The notes under the pieces were generated by a model. That model was not told the origin of the DNA. It saw only the letters and a list, made by a program, of their open reading frames with translations, and did no database searches. The position numbers were made by a program, and so were the translations under genes. Below, piece by piece: positions 19,061-29,033 of a stretch of DNA of 64,000 nt. Source of the DNA: an uncultured bacterium (lineage in GTDB: Bacteria; Babelota; Babeliae; Babelales; Vermiphilaceae); assembly GCA_963704465.1 (NCBI GenBank), contig OY969901.1:1053331-1117330 (forward strand), written 5' to 3'. Each line of letters starts with the position of its first letter. The stretch's first letter is position 1.

Positions 19061-19310
19061 GCAGAGAATGATTGCGCATTCTCTGCACTGCCAGCCTTCG
19101 CACAAGGCTTCGGCGGCCAGGCACGCCAAAGTCCGCCATAGCTTCAGCGACGGCGGAACCAGCCGTTCCCTTGGATTCCTCAGGCGGCCGCAACCTCGGC
19201 CTACAGCACCTTTCAGGTGCCCGTTGAGCTGGCTGCCTACTCAGAGGTACTTATTACAATAAAAATTTTAACTCAGCACCTAAACGCACGCTTTGCTGCG
19301 AACCTGTGCT
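19061..19310 (+). repeat. GC-rich intergenic repeat element, copy A
   Basis: By hand count, 118 of the 190 bases in 19061-19250 are G or C, between visibly AT-richer flanks. It shares exact 15-16-mers with copy B and two exact 10-mers with copy C (see findings). It starts with the hairpin GCAGAGAATG-attgcg-CATTCTCTGC. Confidence 0.75.
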
Positions 19311-19350
19311 TATAAGTCCATTCGTTTCATAAACACCATTTTCATACCAT

Positions 19351-19974
19351 TTACTGACACTGCTTTTCTTCTGTACAGACAGCGCGCAGTCGTTCTAACA
19401 AATAATTTTTATTAATTTTATGCTGTTGATCACTCTTACCTTTTTCAATTAATACTTGCACAAAAATCGAAGGGTTCGCATTATACGTATGTGCACTTTC
19501 TTGTTTTAGACCACCAAGGTAAAAATAAGTTGGCTCAATTGCCATAAAAACGGATCGTGTTTCCATTTTTGTAACGTTAGTTTTTTCATCGTGAGTGAGG
19601 TACTGTGGAAGCTTTTTTGTAAGCTCGTCTTTGCTAAACTGCTTTCTCAAAAAGGTGTAATCACTATGATTGCGTTGATTATTCAAATTTTCTTTGATGT
19701 GTAAGGGAGAGTCCATTTCAACAAGAGAACTACAACAATCATGATCAAGGCCATCGTCATCAAGATACCGGTACCGATCATGTTCGATTTTTTCTGCAAC
19801 ACTACTCATTGTTTCTTTTTTTGCTGCATATAACAAAGCCCAATCAATAATTTTTATCTCCTGCGCAGCAATTTCTTTATTCTCTGACAAAAAATCAACC
19901 GTTGGATTATCGGCACCACTCAAATAAAAAATGTGCATAAAGCATACAGTCACCGGAAAAAATTTATGAAACAT
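19351..19974 (-). CDS. Hypothetical secreted protein
   Basis: AGGAG SD upstream. Leader MFHKFFPVTVCFMHIFYLSGA. It starts 8 nt after the stop of the HigA-like gene, so the two are probably co-transcribed. Confidence 0.6.
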   Translation of the reverse strand: MFHKFFPVTVCFMHIFYLSGADNPTVDFLSENKEIAAQEIKIIDWALLYAAKKETMSSVAEKIEHDRYRYLDDDGLDHDCCSSLVEMDSPLHIKENLNNQRNHSDYTFLRKQFSKDELTKKLPQYLTHDEKTNVTKMETRSVFMAIEPTYFYLGGLKQESAHTYNANPSIFVQVLIEKGKSDQQHKINKNYLLERLRAVCTEEKQCQ

Positions 19975-19982
19975 AGCATCTC

Positions 19983-20294
19983 CTACTTTTTAACTTGTTC
20001 AATACTCATTTCAAAACCAATGGCATGCAATACTGTTTTTAATGAACTCAGCCGAGGGTTGCCATTGGGGGAAAGCATGCGGTATAAGTTTTGTTTATTG
20101 AGATTGGTCACCTCAGCAAGGTGAGGAATGTTACCGCCGCGAGCCTCAAGCACATCACGGAGCGCTAGTAAGAAAACACGCTCATCATCATCGGCAAGCG
20201 CAGCTCGTAAATATGAAGCCGCCTCAAGTGGATCCTGCAGGTGTTCTTGTAAAATTTCTTTATAATCTCTATACACACGCTTTGTTTTAGTCAT
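19983..20294 (-). CDS. Addiction-module antidote protein, HigA family (HTH)
   Basis: 103 aa. ...ASYLRAALADDDERVFLLALRDVLEARGGNIPHLAEVTNLNKQNLYRMLSPNGNPRLSSLKTVLHAIGFEM matches the conserved pattern of this antitoxin family (recalled from memory, no search run). GGGAG SD-like sequence upstream. Confidence 0.8.
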   Translation of the reverse strand: MTKTKRVYRDYKEILQEHLQDPLEAASYLRAALADDDERVFLLALRDVLEARGGNIPHLAEVTNLNKQNLYRMLSPNGNPRLSSLKTVLHAIGFEMSIEQVKK

Positions 20295-20560
20295 TGTGAC
20301 TCCCTGCTTTCACACTATCTTATAAGCTACTTTTACTCAACGATTTTTAATATTATCTTCAGTAGATCTCACTTCACGCCACCTTTGCAAGCAATAATTC
20401 GCTCTGTTTTTATTGCAAAATCCTAAATACAAAAACACAAAAATGCATATTATAATGCACCAGATTGATGTTTTTGGCTTATACCAAAGCGCTTGCAATT
20501 GACAAATTGTCTCTATTCGATTATGATGAAAATGTAGATTAACGCTTTAAGAGGTGAAAA

Positions 20561-20923
20561 ATGGTTAGGCAATGCTTACTTTTAACATTTGCAACGGTGT
20601 CAGGTTTTTCTTTTGCGATAGACCACAACTTCGATACTATACGATTAAATGACTGGGAAACCGTCAAAGAAACTGTATTTGCTAAAATGGGATCTGATTT
20701 CAAACAAGAATTTAACAAAAAATATCCAACACCATCTGATGATGGTGTGCGTGCATTAGCAGATCAATTTGATGAATGTGATGCATGTGGGAAAAAAGTT
20801 ACATACACTACCTGGCTTAAAACATTTCCAATGCAATTACCGCTCTTAATTGGTGGCAAACGCTACTACCTTTTTGAAGGACGCATGACCGAAATCATAG
20901 TAGAGCATAAGAAAAACAAATAA
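20561..20923 (+). CDS. Hypothetical secreted protein
   Basis: AGAGGTG SD-like sequence upstream. Leader MVRQCLLLTFATVSGFSFA. I recognise no domain. Confidence 0.55.
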   Translation: MVRQCLLLTFATVSGFSFAIDHNFDTIRLNDWETVKETVFAKMGSDFKQEFNKKYPTPSDDGVRALADQFDECDACGKKVTYTTWLKTFPMQLPLLIGGKRYYLFEGRMTEIIVEHKKNK

Positions 20924-21046
20924 CAGTCATATCAAAATTGATACTTACAAGGCGTGGGACCAAAAATCCTGCGCCTTTTTTATTGCACAAGCTATACCAT
21001 GCGGTATCCTACTCTCAGAAGCACACTTCATAAAAAAAGGATACCC

Positions 21047-21517
21047 ATGTTAAAAAAACACCTATCAATAGCACTTGCTTGTCATCTTCTAATCGGATCT
21101 TTACACGCAGAAGATACCCCGCAATTGTTCGGCAAAGAACATTATAAAAAGGCGGGAATCATCGCTTCATTGTTTGCAAGCTTCATTGGCTGGAGCGCAT
21201 GGGCATCACGGAATAAAATGGTTGGGCGGATATTGTACGATAGCAATGGCAACATTGTAGAAGATACGAGCGAGCTTTTTGCATGGCTCACCAAAGTAGA
21301 AAAAAATGATGTAACGGCCATTAAAATTGTATCCAGTGCAAATATTGAAGATACATTTACCATAAAAACCACACTACACCCATTTTCTGAAACAACTGAT
21401 TTCAAAATCATGCTGGGCATCGCGGGAATTACGGGAATCTATGCATTGTATTGTGCTTATAAATTTTTTGCCACACCTGATAAAACGGTTGAGCCTAATT
21501 CAGAAAGTGTTGCATAA
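21047..21517 (+). CDS. Hypothetical protein with leader and C-terminal TM anchor
   Basis: I trimmed the start to the ATG at 21047 (AAAGGA upstream). Leader MLKKHLSIALACHLLIGSLHA. C-terminal hydrophobic segment IMLGIAGITGIYALYCAY. Confidence 0.55.
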   Translation: MLKKHLSIALACHLLIGSLHAEDTPQLFGKEHYKKAGIIASLFASFIGWSAWASRNKMVGRILYDSNGNIVEDTSELFAWLTKVEKNDVTAIKIVSSANIEDTFTIKTTLHPFSETTDFKIMLGIAGITGIYALYCAYKFFATPDKTVEPNSESVA

Positions 21518-21586
21518 AAACATTTACCTTTCATACCTCTCTTTATATTGATTCGATTCTTCATTTTTTTGCGAATATCAATAGGC

Positions 21587-21878
21587 TTTTTTCGCGAAGG
21601 CGTTGCACGACGCCTCCGCCCTCCCGTGCCAGGACTGTGTCCTGAACCTCTAAGCAACTCGAAACGCGTCGCTACAGCGCATAAGTAATGCGCCCGCTTA
21701 GCTTTCGAATTGCGCTAAAGTACTCATTAAATAATTTTTTAAAAGTGCTCCTCAGCACGGTTCGCAGCAAAGCGGGCGCGCTCAGCGCTGTAGCGCAGCG
21801 TGTCGAATCGACGAAGGAATCCAAGGGAACCATTGGCGCGCGTGGCGCGGAGGGTGCGCAATCACCCTTCGCAAAAAA
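21587..21878 (-). repeat. GC-rich intergenic repeat element, copy B (inverted relative to copy A; has terminal inverted repeats and an internal palindrome)
   Basis: Ends are TTTTTTCGCGAAGG (21587-21600) and CCTTCGCAAAAAA (21866-21878). Internal inverted arms at 21671-21723 and 21745-21794 surround an AT-rich centre. Confidence 0.75.
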
Positions 21879-22005
21879 TAACCCATTGATACTCAAAAAA
21901 CCAAAATCTATGCCAACAAGAAAAAGAATGAAGACAAAAAAGAAAAACAACGATTTCTACACATAATATTTATCACCTCTTCTTTTTCCGCTATACTATT
22001 TTATT

Positions 22006-23874
22006 ATGCTAATACTACGAAATCTCACTCTTTCCTTCGGGAATCAAATCGTTTTTGATCATATCTCAGAAACGATTCAACAGTCTGAACGCATTGGCCT
22101 TTTTGGCTTGAATGGTTCGGGTAAATCTACTTTGCTCAAAGCTATTGCGGGTATGCAAAAGCTTGATGGGGGCACCATTTCCTGCGCACGGGGCAAAACA
22201 ATTGCCTATCTTCCGCAGGAAGTAACCCTTGTTTCTGAAGCATCAATCCTTGATGAAACGATGACCACTTTCAAAGAACTTGCGTCTATTCAACAGAAAA
22301 TTGATGCTATTGAAGCTGAGCTTGCCGCCGGGCAGAGCAATGAACAGTTGCTTGAATCCTATAGCGATCTGTGCATGCAGCGGGCAACCTTAGAGCCAGA
22401 AAAGAAGCGTGCGGCAGCGATCCAAATGCTTACCGGCCTTGGATTTAGTGAGGCACAACTCAATACATCGGTGCAAACGCTCAGCGTTGGCTGGAAGATG
22501 CGCATTGTGCTTGCCAAGCTCCTGCTGCAAGAAGCAGACTTTTACCTCTTTGACGAACCGACCAACCACTTGGATATTGTGGCCAAAGAATGGTTTTTAC
22601 AGTTTCTTGAATCGGCACCCTTTGGATTTTTGCTCGTGTGCCATGAAAAGCGCTTTTTAAATAGATTGTGCACCCATATTTTGGAACTTGAACGGGGCAA
22701 GGGCACTCGCTATACCGGCTCTTACGATGAGTATGTGGTCCAAAAAGCGGAAACTCGCGAGCGCATCTATGCTGCCTACGAACAACAACAAAAAGAGATT
22801 GCGCGCCAACAGGCTACCATAAACCGCTTTAAAGCGGGCACCAAATCCCGTATGGCTCAAAGTATGGAAAAGCGGCTCTCCAAAGTGGATCGCATAGAAC
22901 TTCCGCCCGATAGTAGAATTATGGCATTCCCCTTACCAGCCATAACCAAATCGGGTAAAACGGCACTTATCGTAAAAAATGTGAGCTATACGTTTGGCGA
23001 ACGCACAATATTCAAGAATGTATCTTTTGAACTTGAACGTGGCGCAAAAGCAGCTATTGTAGCGCCAAACGGCGTGGGTAAAACAACCCTTTTAAACGTA
23101 ATCAGCGGACGCTTACCCCTGCAAACAGGCTCAGTAGAGCTTGGCTATCAAGTGACCACTGCCCTTTTTGATCAAGATCAAACCCGCAGCTTAGATCTTA
23201 AAAAATCTATTTTTGATAACGTTGCCATGGCTGCAGCACACGCCTCCGAACAAACAATTCGGGGTATGCTTGGCGCATTCCTGTTCAGTGGTGAAACCAT
23301 TCAAAAACCTGCTGGTGTATTGAGCGGTGGAGAACGAAACAGACTCGGCATGGTTAAAACATTGCTCCAGAATGCCAATTTGCTCTTGCTTGACGAACCA
23401 ACAAACCATTTGGATATTCCGTCAAAAGACGTACTCTTAGATGCCTTGCAACGCTATACGGGCACCATGCTTTTTGTATCTCATGATCATGATTTTGTGA
23501 ACAATCTGGCAACCCATATTATTGTGCTCTCTGCTGATGGCGCAACACTCTATCACGGCACGTATGATGAATATCTGTATCAAAAACAGATGGTAGGTAA
23601 GCTCAACGCGCAGCCAACATCTATGCAAAGTGAAGATACTCTAAAAAAATCGACCCCTGAAAAACCGGCGGAAAACGATTTTGAGCACCGAAAAAAAATT
23701 GCGTCCATAGAAAAAACGATCAGTAAGCTCGAACTTGATATCACTAAGGTTGGAGAATTATTCGCCGATCTTGAATATGGCACCCCAGAGTTTGATGCTG
23801 CTATGAAAAAGCTGCATACGCTCAAAGAACAACTGGCTGCTCAAGTAGCAGCCTGGGAAAAGCTTCATGAATGA
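22006..23874 (+). CDS. ABC-F family ATPase (two ABC domains, C-terminal coiled coil)
   Basis: Walker A GLNGSGKST and APNGVGKTT. Signatures LSVGWKMR and LSGGERNR. No transmembrane domain. Charged helical tail. Confidence 0.9.
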   Translation: MLILRNLTLSFGNQIVFDHISETIQQSERIGLFGLNGSGKSTLLKAIAGMQKLDGGTISCARGKTIAYLPQEVTLVSEASILDETMTTFKELASIQQKIDAIEAELAAGQSNEQLLESYSDLCMQRATLEPEKKRAAAIQMLTGLGFSEAQLNTSVQTLSVGWKMRIVLAKLLLQEADFYLFDEPTNHLDIVAKEWFLQFLESAPFGFLLVCHEKRFLNRLCTHILELERGKGTRYTGSYDEYVVQKAETRERIYAAYEQQQKEIARQQATINRFKAGTKSRMAQSMEKRLSKVDRIELPPDSRIMAFPLPAITKSGKTALIVKNVSYTFGERTIFKNVSFELERGAKAAIVAPNGVGKTTLLNVISGRLPLQTGSVELGYQVTTALFDQDQTRSLDLKKSIFDNVAMAAAHASEQTIRGMLGAFLFSGETIQKPAGVLSGGERNRLGMVKTLLQNANLLLLDEPTNHLDIPSKDVLLDALQRYTGTMLFVSHDHDFVNNLATHIIVLSADGATLYHGTYDEYLYQKQMVGKLNAQPTSMQSEDTLKKSTPEKPAENDFEHRKKIASIEKTISKLELDITKVGELFADLEYGTPEFDAAMKKLHTLKEQLAAQVAAWEKLHE

Positions 23875-24529
23875 GCTGATTTTTCTGTTGCATACTACCG
23901 TTGTAAGCAGCGGAATTCTTTTGGCCACCTACCTTGGCGTTGAGGCATTGGCTGCGCTCATTATAAGCTATTGCCTGCTTGCAAATCTGTTTGTGCTCAA
24001 AACCATAACCCTCTGCGGCCTGACCGCAACTGCCGCTGACGCTTTCACCATTGGGGCCACCCTTGGGCTTAATATGCTGCAGGAATATTATGGCAAAGAA
24101 CCAACCCGCAGAACGCTCAATGCCAATATGCTCTTGCTTGGCATCTATATGCTCATGGTTTTGATTCATCTCTGGTATGCGCCGGCACTCACGGACTGTA
24201 CACATAGCCTCTATTGCGCGCTGCTCTATCCCGTGCCTCGCATTGTGATAGCCTCGGCAGCGGTCTATTTTTGCGCTCAAAAAATCGATTATTCACTCTA
24301 CGGGCTCCTCAAAGCCCACACCCCACCTTCGTGGCTTGTGGTGCGAAATTATGGCTCCGTGGTGGTATCCCAGCTCTTTGATACCGTGGCATTCAGCCTG
24401 TTTGGCCTCTATGGCCTCGTTGATAACATCGGCTCGGTAATCCTCGTGAGCTATGCCGTGAAGCTCCTTGCCCTTCTTTTATGCACTCCATTCATTATGC
24501 TTTCCCGCCGTATAATGCGGCATTTTTAG
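23867..24529 (+). CDS. yhhQ: Queuosine-precursor transporter, YhhQ (DUF165) family
   Basis: Polytopic 220-aa protein. RIVIASAAVYFCAQKIDYSLYGLL...WLVVRNYGSVVVSQLFDTVAFSLFGLYG aligns with E. coli YhhQ RIATASFMAYALGQILDVHVFNRL...WWLAPTASTLFGNVSDTLAFFFIAFW (recalled sequence). It overlaps the ABC-F stop by 8 nt. Confidence 0.75.
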   Translation: MNELIFLLHTTVVSSGILLATYLGVEALAALIISYCLLANLFVLKTITLCGLTATAADAFTIGATLGLNMLQEYYGKEPTRRTLNANMLLLGIYMLMVLIHLWYAPALTDCTHSLYCALLYPVPRIVIASAAVYFCAQKIDYSLYGLLKAHTPPSWLVVRNYGSVVVSQLFDTVAFSLFGLYGLVDNIGSVILVSYAVKLLALLLCTPFIMLSRRIMRHF

Positions 24530-24620
24530 CCCTTTTTATATAAATTGCTTGAATTTAATCATTCAAATAGAAAATAATAAAAGGGAGAAAGAGTCTGTGC
24601 GTGGGTACGCATAGGAGGTT

Positions 24621-25724
24621 ATGATGAATACTATAAAAAAAATGTTCGCACTTTTAGGATCCATAGCGCTTTTTTTTGCTGCAACGCTACATTGCGGTGA
24701 ATTGAATGTCCAAGTCGGCATTCGCAAAACAAAAGATAAAGATCACCAAAATTCTGCAAGCATAGCTGAATATACCATGGTAGTGAAAAGCACTAGAAAA
24801 CAGGGTATGACGCCATTTTTTACCTCAGATTTCGTAGATACGAGTTTCGGACAAACTATTCAGAAACATTTACTATTTAATGGTGACCAAGAATTTAGAT
24901 TTTCAACAGAAACTATTAATGATCCATCACACAAATCGTTAGACCAATTAAAAAATATAATTAAGACCTTCAATGGCGATCTTTCTGCTCTTAAAGATTA
25001 TATGGCTACACATAGCGTAACAAAAATCAATTCAAGCTCCAGCCCTGCAGACATCAGCAATGCTCTTTCAAATGCATTAGATCATTTTCAACAACGAGTA
25101 GCGACGATAATTATAGATAGCTGTAAGCCTAACGCAACAATTCAACAACAGTCAAGCGCATTGGATACATTATTTAACGAGTATTTTAATAATAAATTAA
25201 AAAAGTTAAATGCGAGCATATTATCACGCATTATCCCCACGCAAACTACTACCACAAGCTCAAGCGCTTCAGATCAAGTTATAGAAAATATAAAAAATCA
25301 ATTCGCCAATGACCTGGCAAACTCATGGGATGAGTTTCAAAAACAAATAAAAAATGAATATATCAAACTTTATACAACCTCTTTGAACTATACACCTGTA
25401 ATGAATTTGTTAAAAAAATCAGATTATACAAAGCCATATCGTGAGCTCTATGTAGAAATTCAAAGGCTCGGAAAATTCTTTGGCTTTGAATGTCAGAAAT
25501 TAGAAAAATACGATTCTATAGGCTGGCTTGGCATAGTATCCACTATCGGTATTGGTGCCATTGCATATGGAGCATATAGATACTTTGCGAGTAGAAGCGT
25601 AACATGCCCTCCTGCTCCTGCATGTGAACCCACGCCTGCATCTAAAATACCGACCGCACCAACTCCAGCGCGAACCCCCCTAACATTGAAACCAAGCACA
25701 CAATTGCCGCCGCGTCCACAATAA
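24621..25724 (+). CDS. Hypothetical secreted or membrane-anchored protein with Pro-rich C-terminal tail
   Basis: AGGAGG SD upstream. Leader MMNTIKKMFALLGSIALFFAATLHC. TM segment IGWLGIVSTIGIGAIAYGAY, followed by CPPAPACEPTPASKIPTAPTPARTPLTLKPSTQLPPRPQ. Confidence 0.65.
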   Translation: MMNTIKKMFALLGSIALFFAATLHCGELNVQVGIRKTKDKDHQNSASIAEYTMVVKSTRKQGMTPFFTSDFVDTSFGQTIQKHLLFNGDQEFRFSTETINDPSHKSLDQLKNIIKTFNGDLSALKDYMATHSVTKINSSSSPADISNALSNALDHFQQRVATIIIDSCKPNATIQQQSSALDTLFNEYFNNKLKKLNASILSRIIPTQTTTTSSSASDQVIENIKNQFANDLANSWDEFQKQIKNEYIKLYTTSLNYTPVMNLLKKSDYTKPYRELYVEIQRLGKFFGFECQKLEKYDSIGWLGIVSTIGIGAIAYGAYRYFASRSVTCPPAPACEPTPASKIPTAPTPARTPLTLKPSTQLPPRPQ

Positions 25725-25733
25725 GGAAATGGT

Positions 25734-26996
25734 ATGAATACTCATCAAATTATTAAAAATATTGCCGCGATATGTGCATTCATAGGTATGCCATGCTTTT
25801 GTGGCGATAATACTTCGATGAGTGAGCCATTTTCATGGTTTGATGCGCTCTCTGGCCGTAAACAGAAAGTAGAAAAAGAGGCTTTAGAAAAAAAAATAGC
25901 GGCACGTGTAAATATTCCCAAAATAAAAGTCGATGAACGCTTAAAAATAGAAAAGCTCGCAAAGAAAAAATTATCTCCAGAAGCAAAGCAACAATTAGAA
26001 GAAGAAATCATTAAAAATCAAGAAGCTGCAATCAGTGCAGCACGCAAACGCGCGCAAACTGAAATTGAACAAGAAGAATACAAAGCGGCAAAGCAAAAAC
26101 AAGAAGAAGCTGATAGAGCACGAGCATTAAAAAGATTCGAGCTTAGAAAAAAATCTTACACACGCACTTTGCGCAAAGCACCCTATGGCGATCTCGAAGA
26201 ATATGCATACCTTGAAGCGCAACAAGAACGTAAGAAACAAAAAAAGCGTGAACAAGAAAAAGAGAAAGCTGAATTAAAGACGTGGGATACCTATAGAACA
26301 GATCCTAAATTTATCAAACAAGCAGAATCCGAATTGAGTATTTTGGAACAAATAACCACACCAGATGAACAAATAGCAGAAAAAGCATTCGATTTAGCCA
26401 CAAAGGCCTATTACGAAGATCTCGATAAACGAGAACTCGAAGAACAACAAAAAAAAGCATTAGAAGACCGTAAATGGTATGAAGATCGCCGTGCTGAATT
26501 AAAAAATGTCAAAAGTGGCATTACTACACGAGTAAAATCTTTGTATGATGTGCTTGGCCAAAGTAAAACTCAGCTTGGAAAAAAAATAACTGAATATCAA
26601 ACGCAAGCTCGCAAAAGAATAGTAGAAAAATCTGCTGAACCAGCAATAAAAGAAATACTTGCTCGGGAAAAAGCATTAGAACCATTACGTGCTGAATACA
26701 TAAAACAGACAGACGAAAAAGATCTTGCCCAGATACGTAAAGAATTATCTACGCAAGGCAAAGGCTGGTTTGGAATGCCTTACACAATACCTGCGGATGA
26801 AAAAAAGGTACAAGAAATGGCAGCACAACGCAAAGCCAAGGAATGGGAAAAACAATTCTATATGGGAATGCCCGTAACACCAATCCCTATGAAGCAACCC
26901 CTGTCAGCACCCATTCCACAACCATCAAGTTGGTGGACGCGACTCAAACAACAATTTTCTAACGCTCAACAAGCATACCAAATACCATCTGGATGA
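25734..26996 (+). CDS. Hypothetical Lys/Glu-rich coiled-coil protein with leader
   Basis: Leader IIKNIAAICAFIGMPCFC. A long K/E/Q-rich helical region (for example EEYKAAKQKQEEADRARALKRFELRKK). Pro-rich end PVTPIPMKQPLSAPIPQPSSWW. Confidence 0.65.
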   Translation: MNTHQIIKNIAAICAFIGMPCFCGDNTSMSEPFSWFDALSGRKQKVEKEALEKKIAARVNIPKIKVDERLKIEKLAKKKLSPEAKQQLEEEIIKNQEAAISAARKRAQTEIEQEEYKAAKQKQEEADRARALKRFELRKKSYTRTLRKAPYGDLEEYAYLEAQQERKKQKKREQEKEKAELKTWDTYRTDPKFIKQAESELSILEQITTPDEQIAEKAFDLATKAYYEDLDKRELEEQQKKALEDRKWYEDRRAELKNVKSGITTRVKSLYDVLGQSKTQLGKKITEYQTQARKRIVEKSAEPAIKEILAREKALEPLRAEYIKQTDEKDLAQIRKELSTQGKGWFGMPYTIPADEKKVQEMAAQRKAKEWEKQFYMGMPVTPIPMKQPLSAPIPQPSSWWTRLKQQFSNAQQAYQIPSG

Positions 26997-28225
<1,229 letters not shown>

Positions 28226-28226
<1 letters not shown>

Positions 28227-28981
28227 TGATCACCGTCATTTCATCACGAGCCAATCCATTAGTGCTGCAGTATGCAGCTTTGAAAAGTTCCCAAGAACGG
28301 TATGCACAAAGCCTTTTTGTAGCAGAAGGCGCACGAGTATGCGCAACCTTGCATGCACATGGCATAAAATTACGTCATCTTTTATTTACGCCCGAACATG
28401 AACACCAGATGGTAAAACAGTTCCCAATTGATCTGTGTGTACGGGTAACCACACAAATTATTGAAAAAATTGCTACCACCGAAACACCAAGCGGCATTGT
28501 AGGTATTTTTGAAATACCCGAAGAACCAATCGCTGCAACGATCACACCAGGCTTGGTGCTTGCTGAAATAAGCACACCGGGAAACATGGGGACTTTGATT
28601 CGTACGGCAGCGGCCATGGGTGTTAAAAGCGTGGTCGTTGTTGAAGGAACTGATCCATGGTCACCAAAAGTAGTGCAAGCAACAGCAGGCGCCATTGGTT
28701 CCGTTACCTTGTTTCAATGGTCATGGAAAGAATTAATCCAATACAGCAAGCAATACACTATTCCTCTGTGTGGGCTCGTGGTAACAGGCGGCGCAAAGCC
28801 ACAAGAAGTACCCCTTAATAAAAGCCTGCTTGTAATCGGCAACGAGGCACATGGCTTGCCATCCGCATGGCAAAAGGAATGCGCCTACGGCATGACTATC
28901 CCGATGCCCGGCAACACCGAAAGCTTAAATGCCGCGATAGCAGGATCTATAGCGCTTTATATTGGATATGGTAATCAATAA
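28226..28981 (+). CDS. TrmH/SpoU-family RNA 2'-O-methyltransferase
   Basis: SpoU motifs PGNMGTLIRTAAAMGV, LVIGNEAHGL and IPMPGNTESLNAAIAGSIALY. The start overlaps the tgt stop (TAATG). Confidence 0.85.
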
Positions 28982-28987
28982 AAAAAA

Positions 28988-29024
28988 GAAGCCAGACTCA
29001 TTTAAGAATCTGGCTTCTTTTTTT
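28988..29024. terminator. Bidirectional rho-independent terminator
   Basis: GAAGCCAGA (28988-28996) pairs with TCTGGCTTC (29009-29017). An A-run precedes it and a T-run follows, and it sits between convergent genes. Confidence 0.7.
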
Positions 29025-29033
29025 GTTAACTGA

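Noticed and set aside
19120-19210. Possible RNase P or SRP RNA. CCAAAGTCCGCCATAGC resembles the RNase P P4 strand GAAAGUCCGGGCUCCAUAG, and AACCTCGGCCTAC resembles ACCCGGCUUA.
   Set aside because: The element is far too short. It lacks the other universally conserved RNase P and SRP blocks. It occurs in at least three related copies in this window, including inverted and truncated ones, which is the behaviour of a repeat and not of a single-copy essential RNA.
19059-19262. A 67-aa ORF (and likewise 21672..21950 on the minus strand and 21688..21966 on the plus strand) lying in the GC-rich islands.
   Set aside because: They coincide with the repeat and palindrome elements and occur in mirror-image pairs on both strands. 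Their translations are low-complexity and Arg/Pro/Ser/Ala-rich, and they have no SD. I treat them as artefacts of GC-rich structured DNA.
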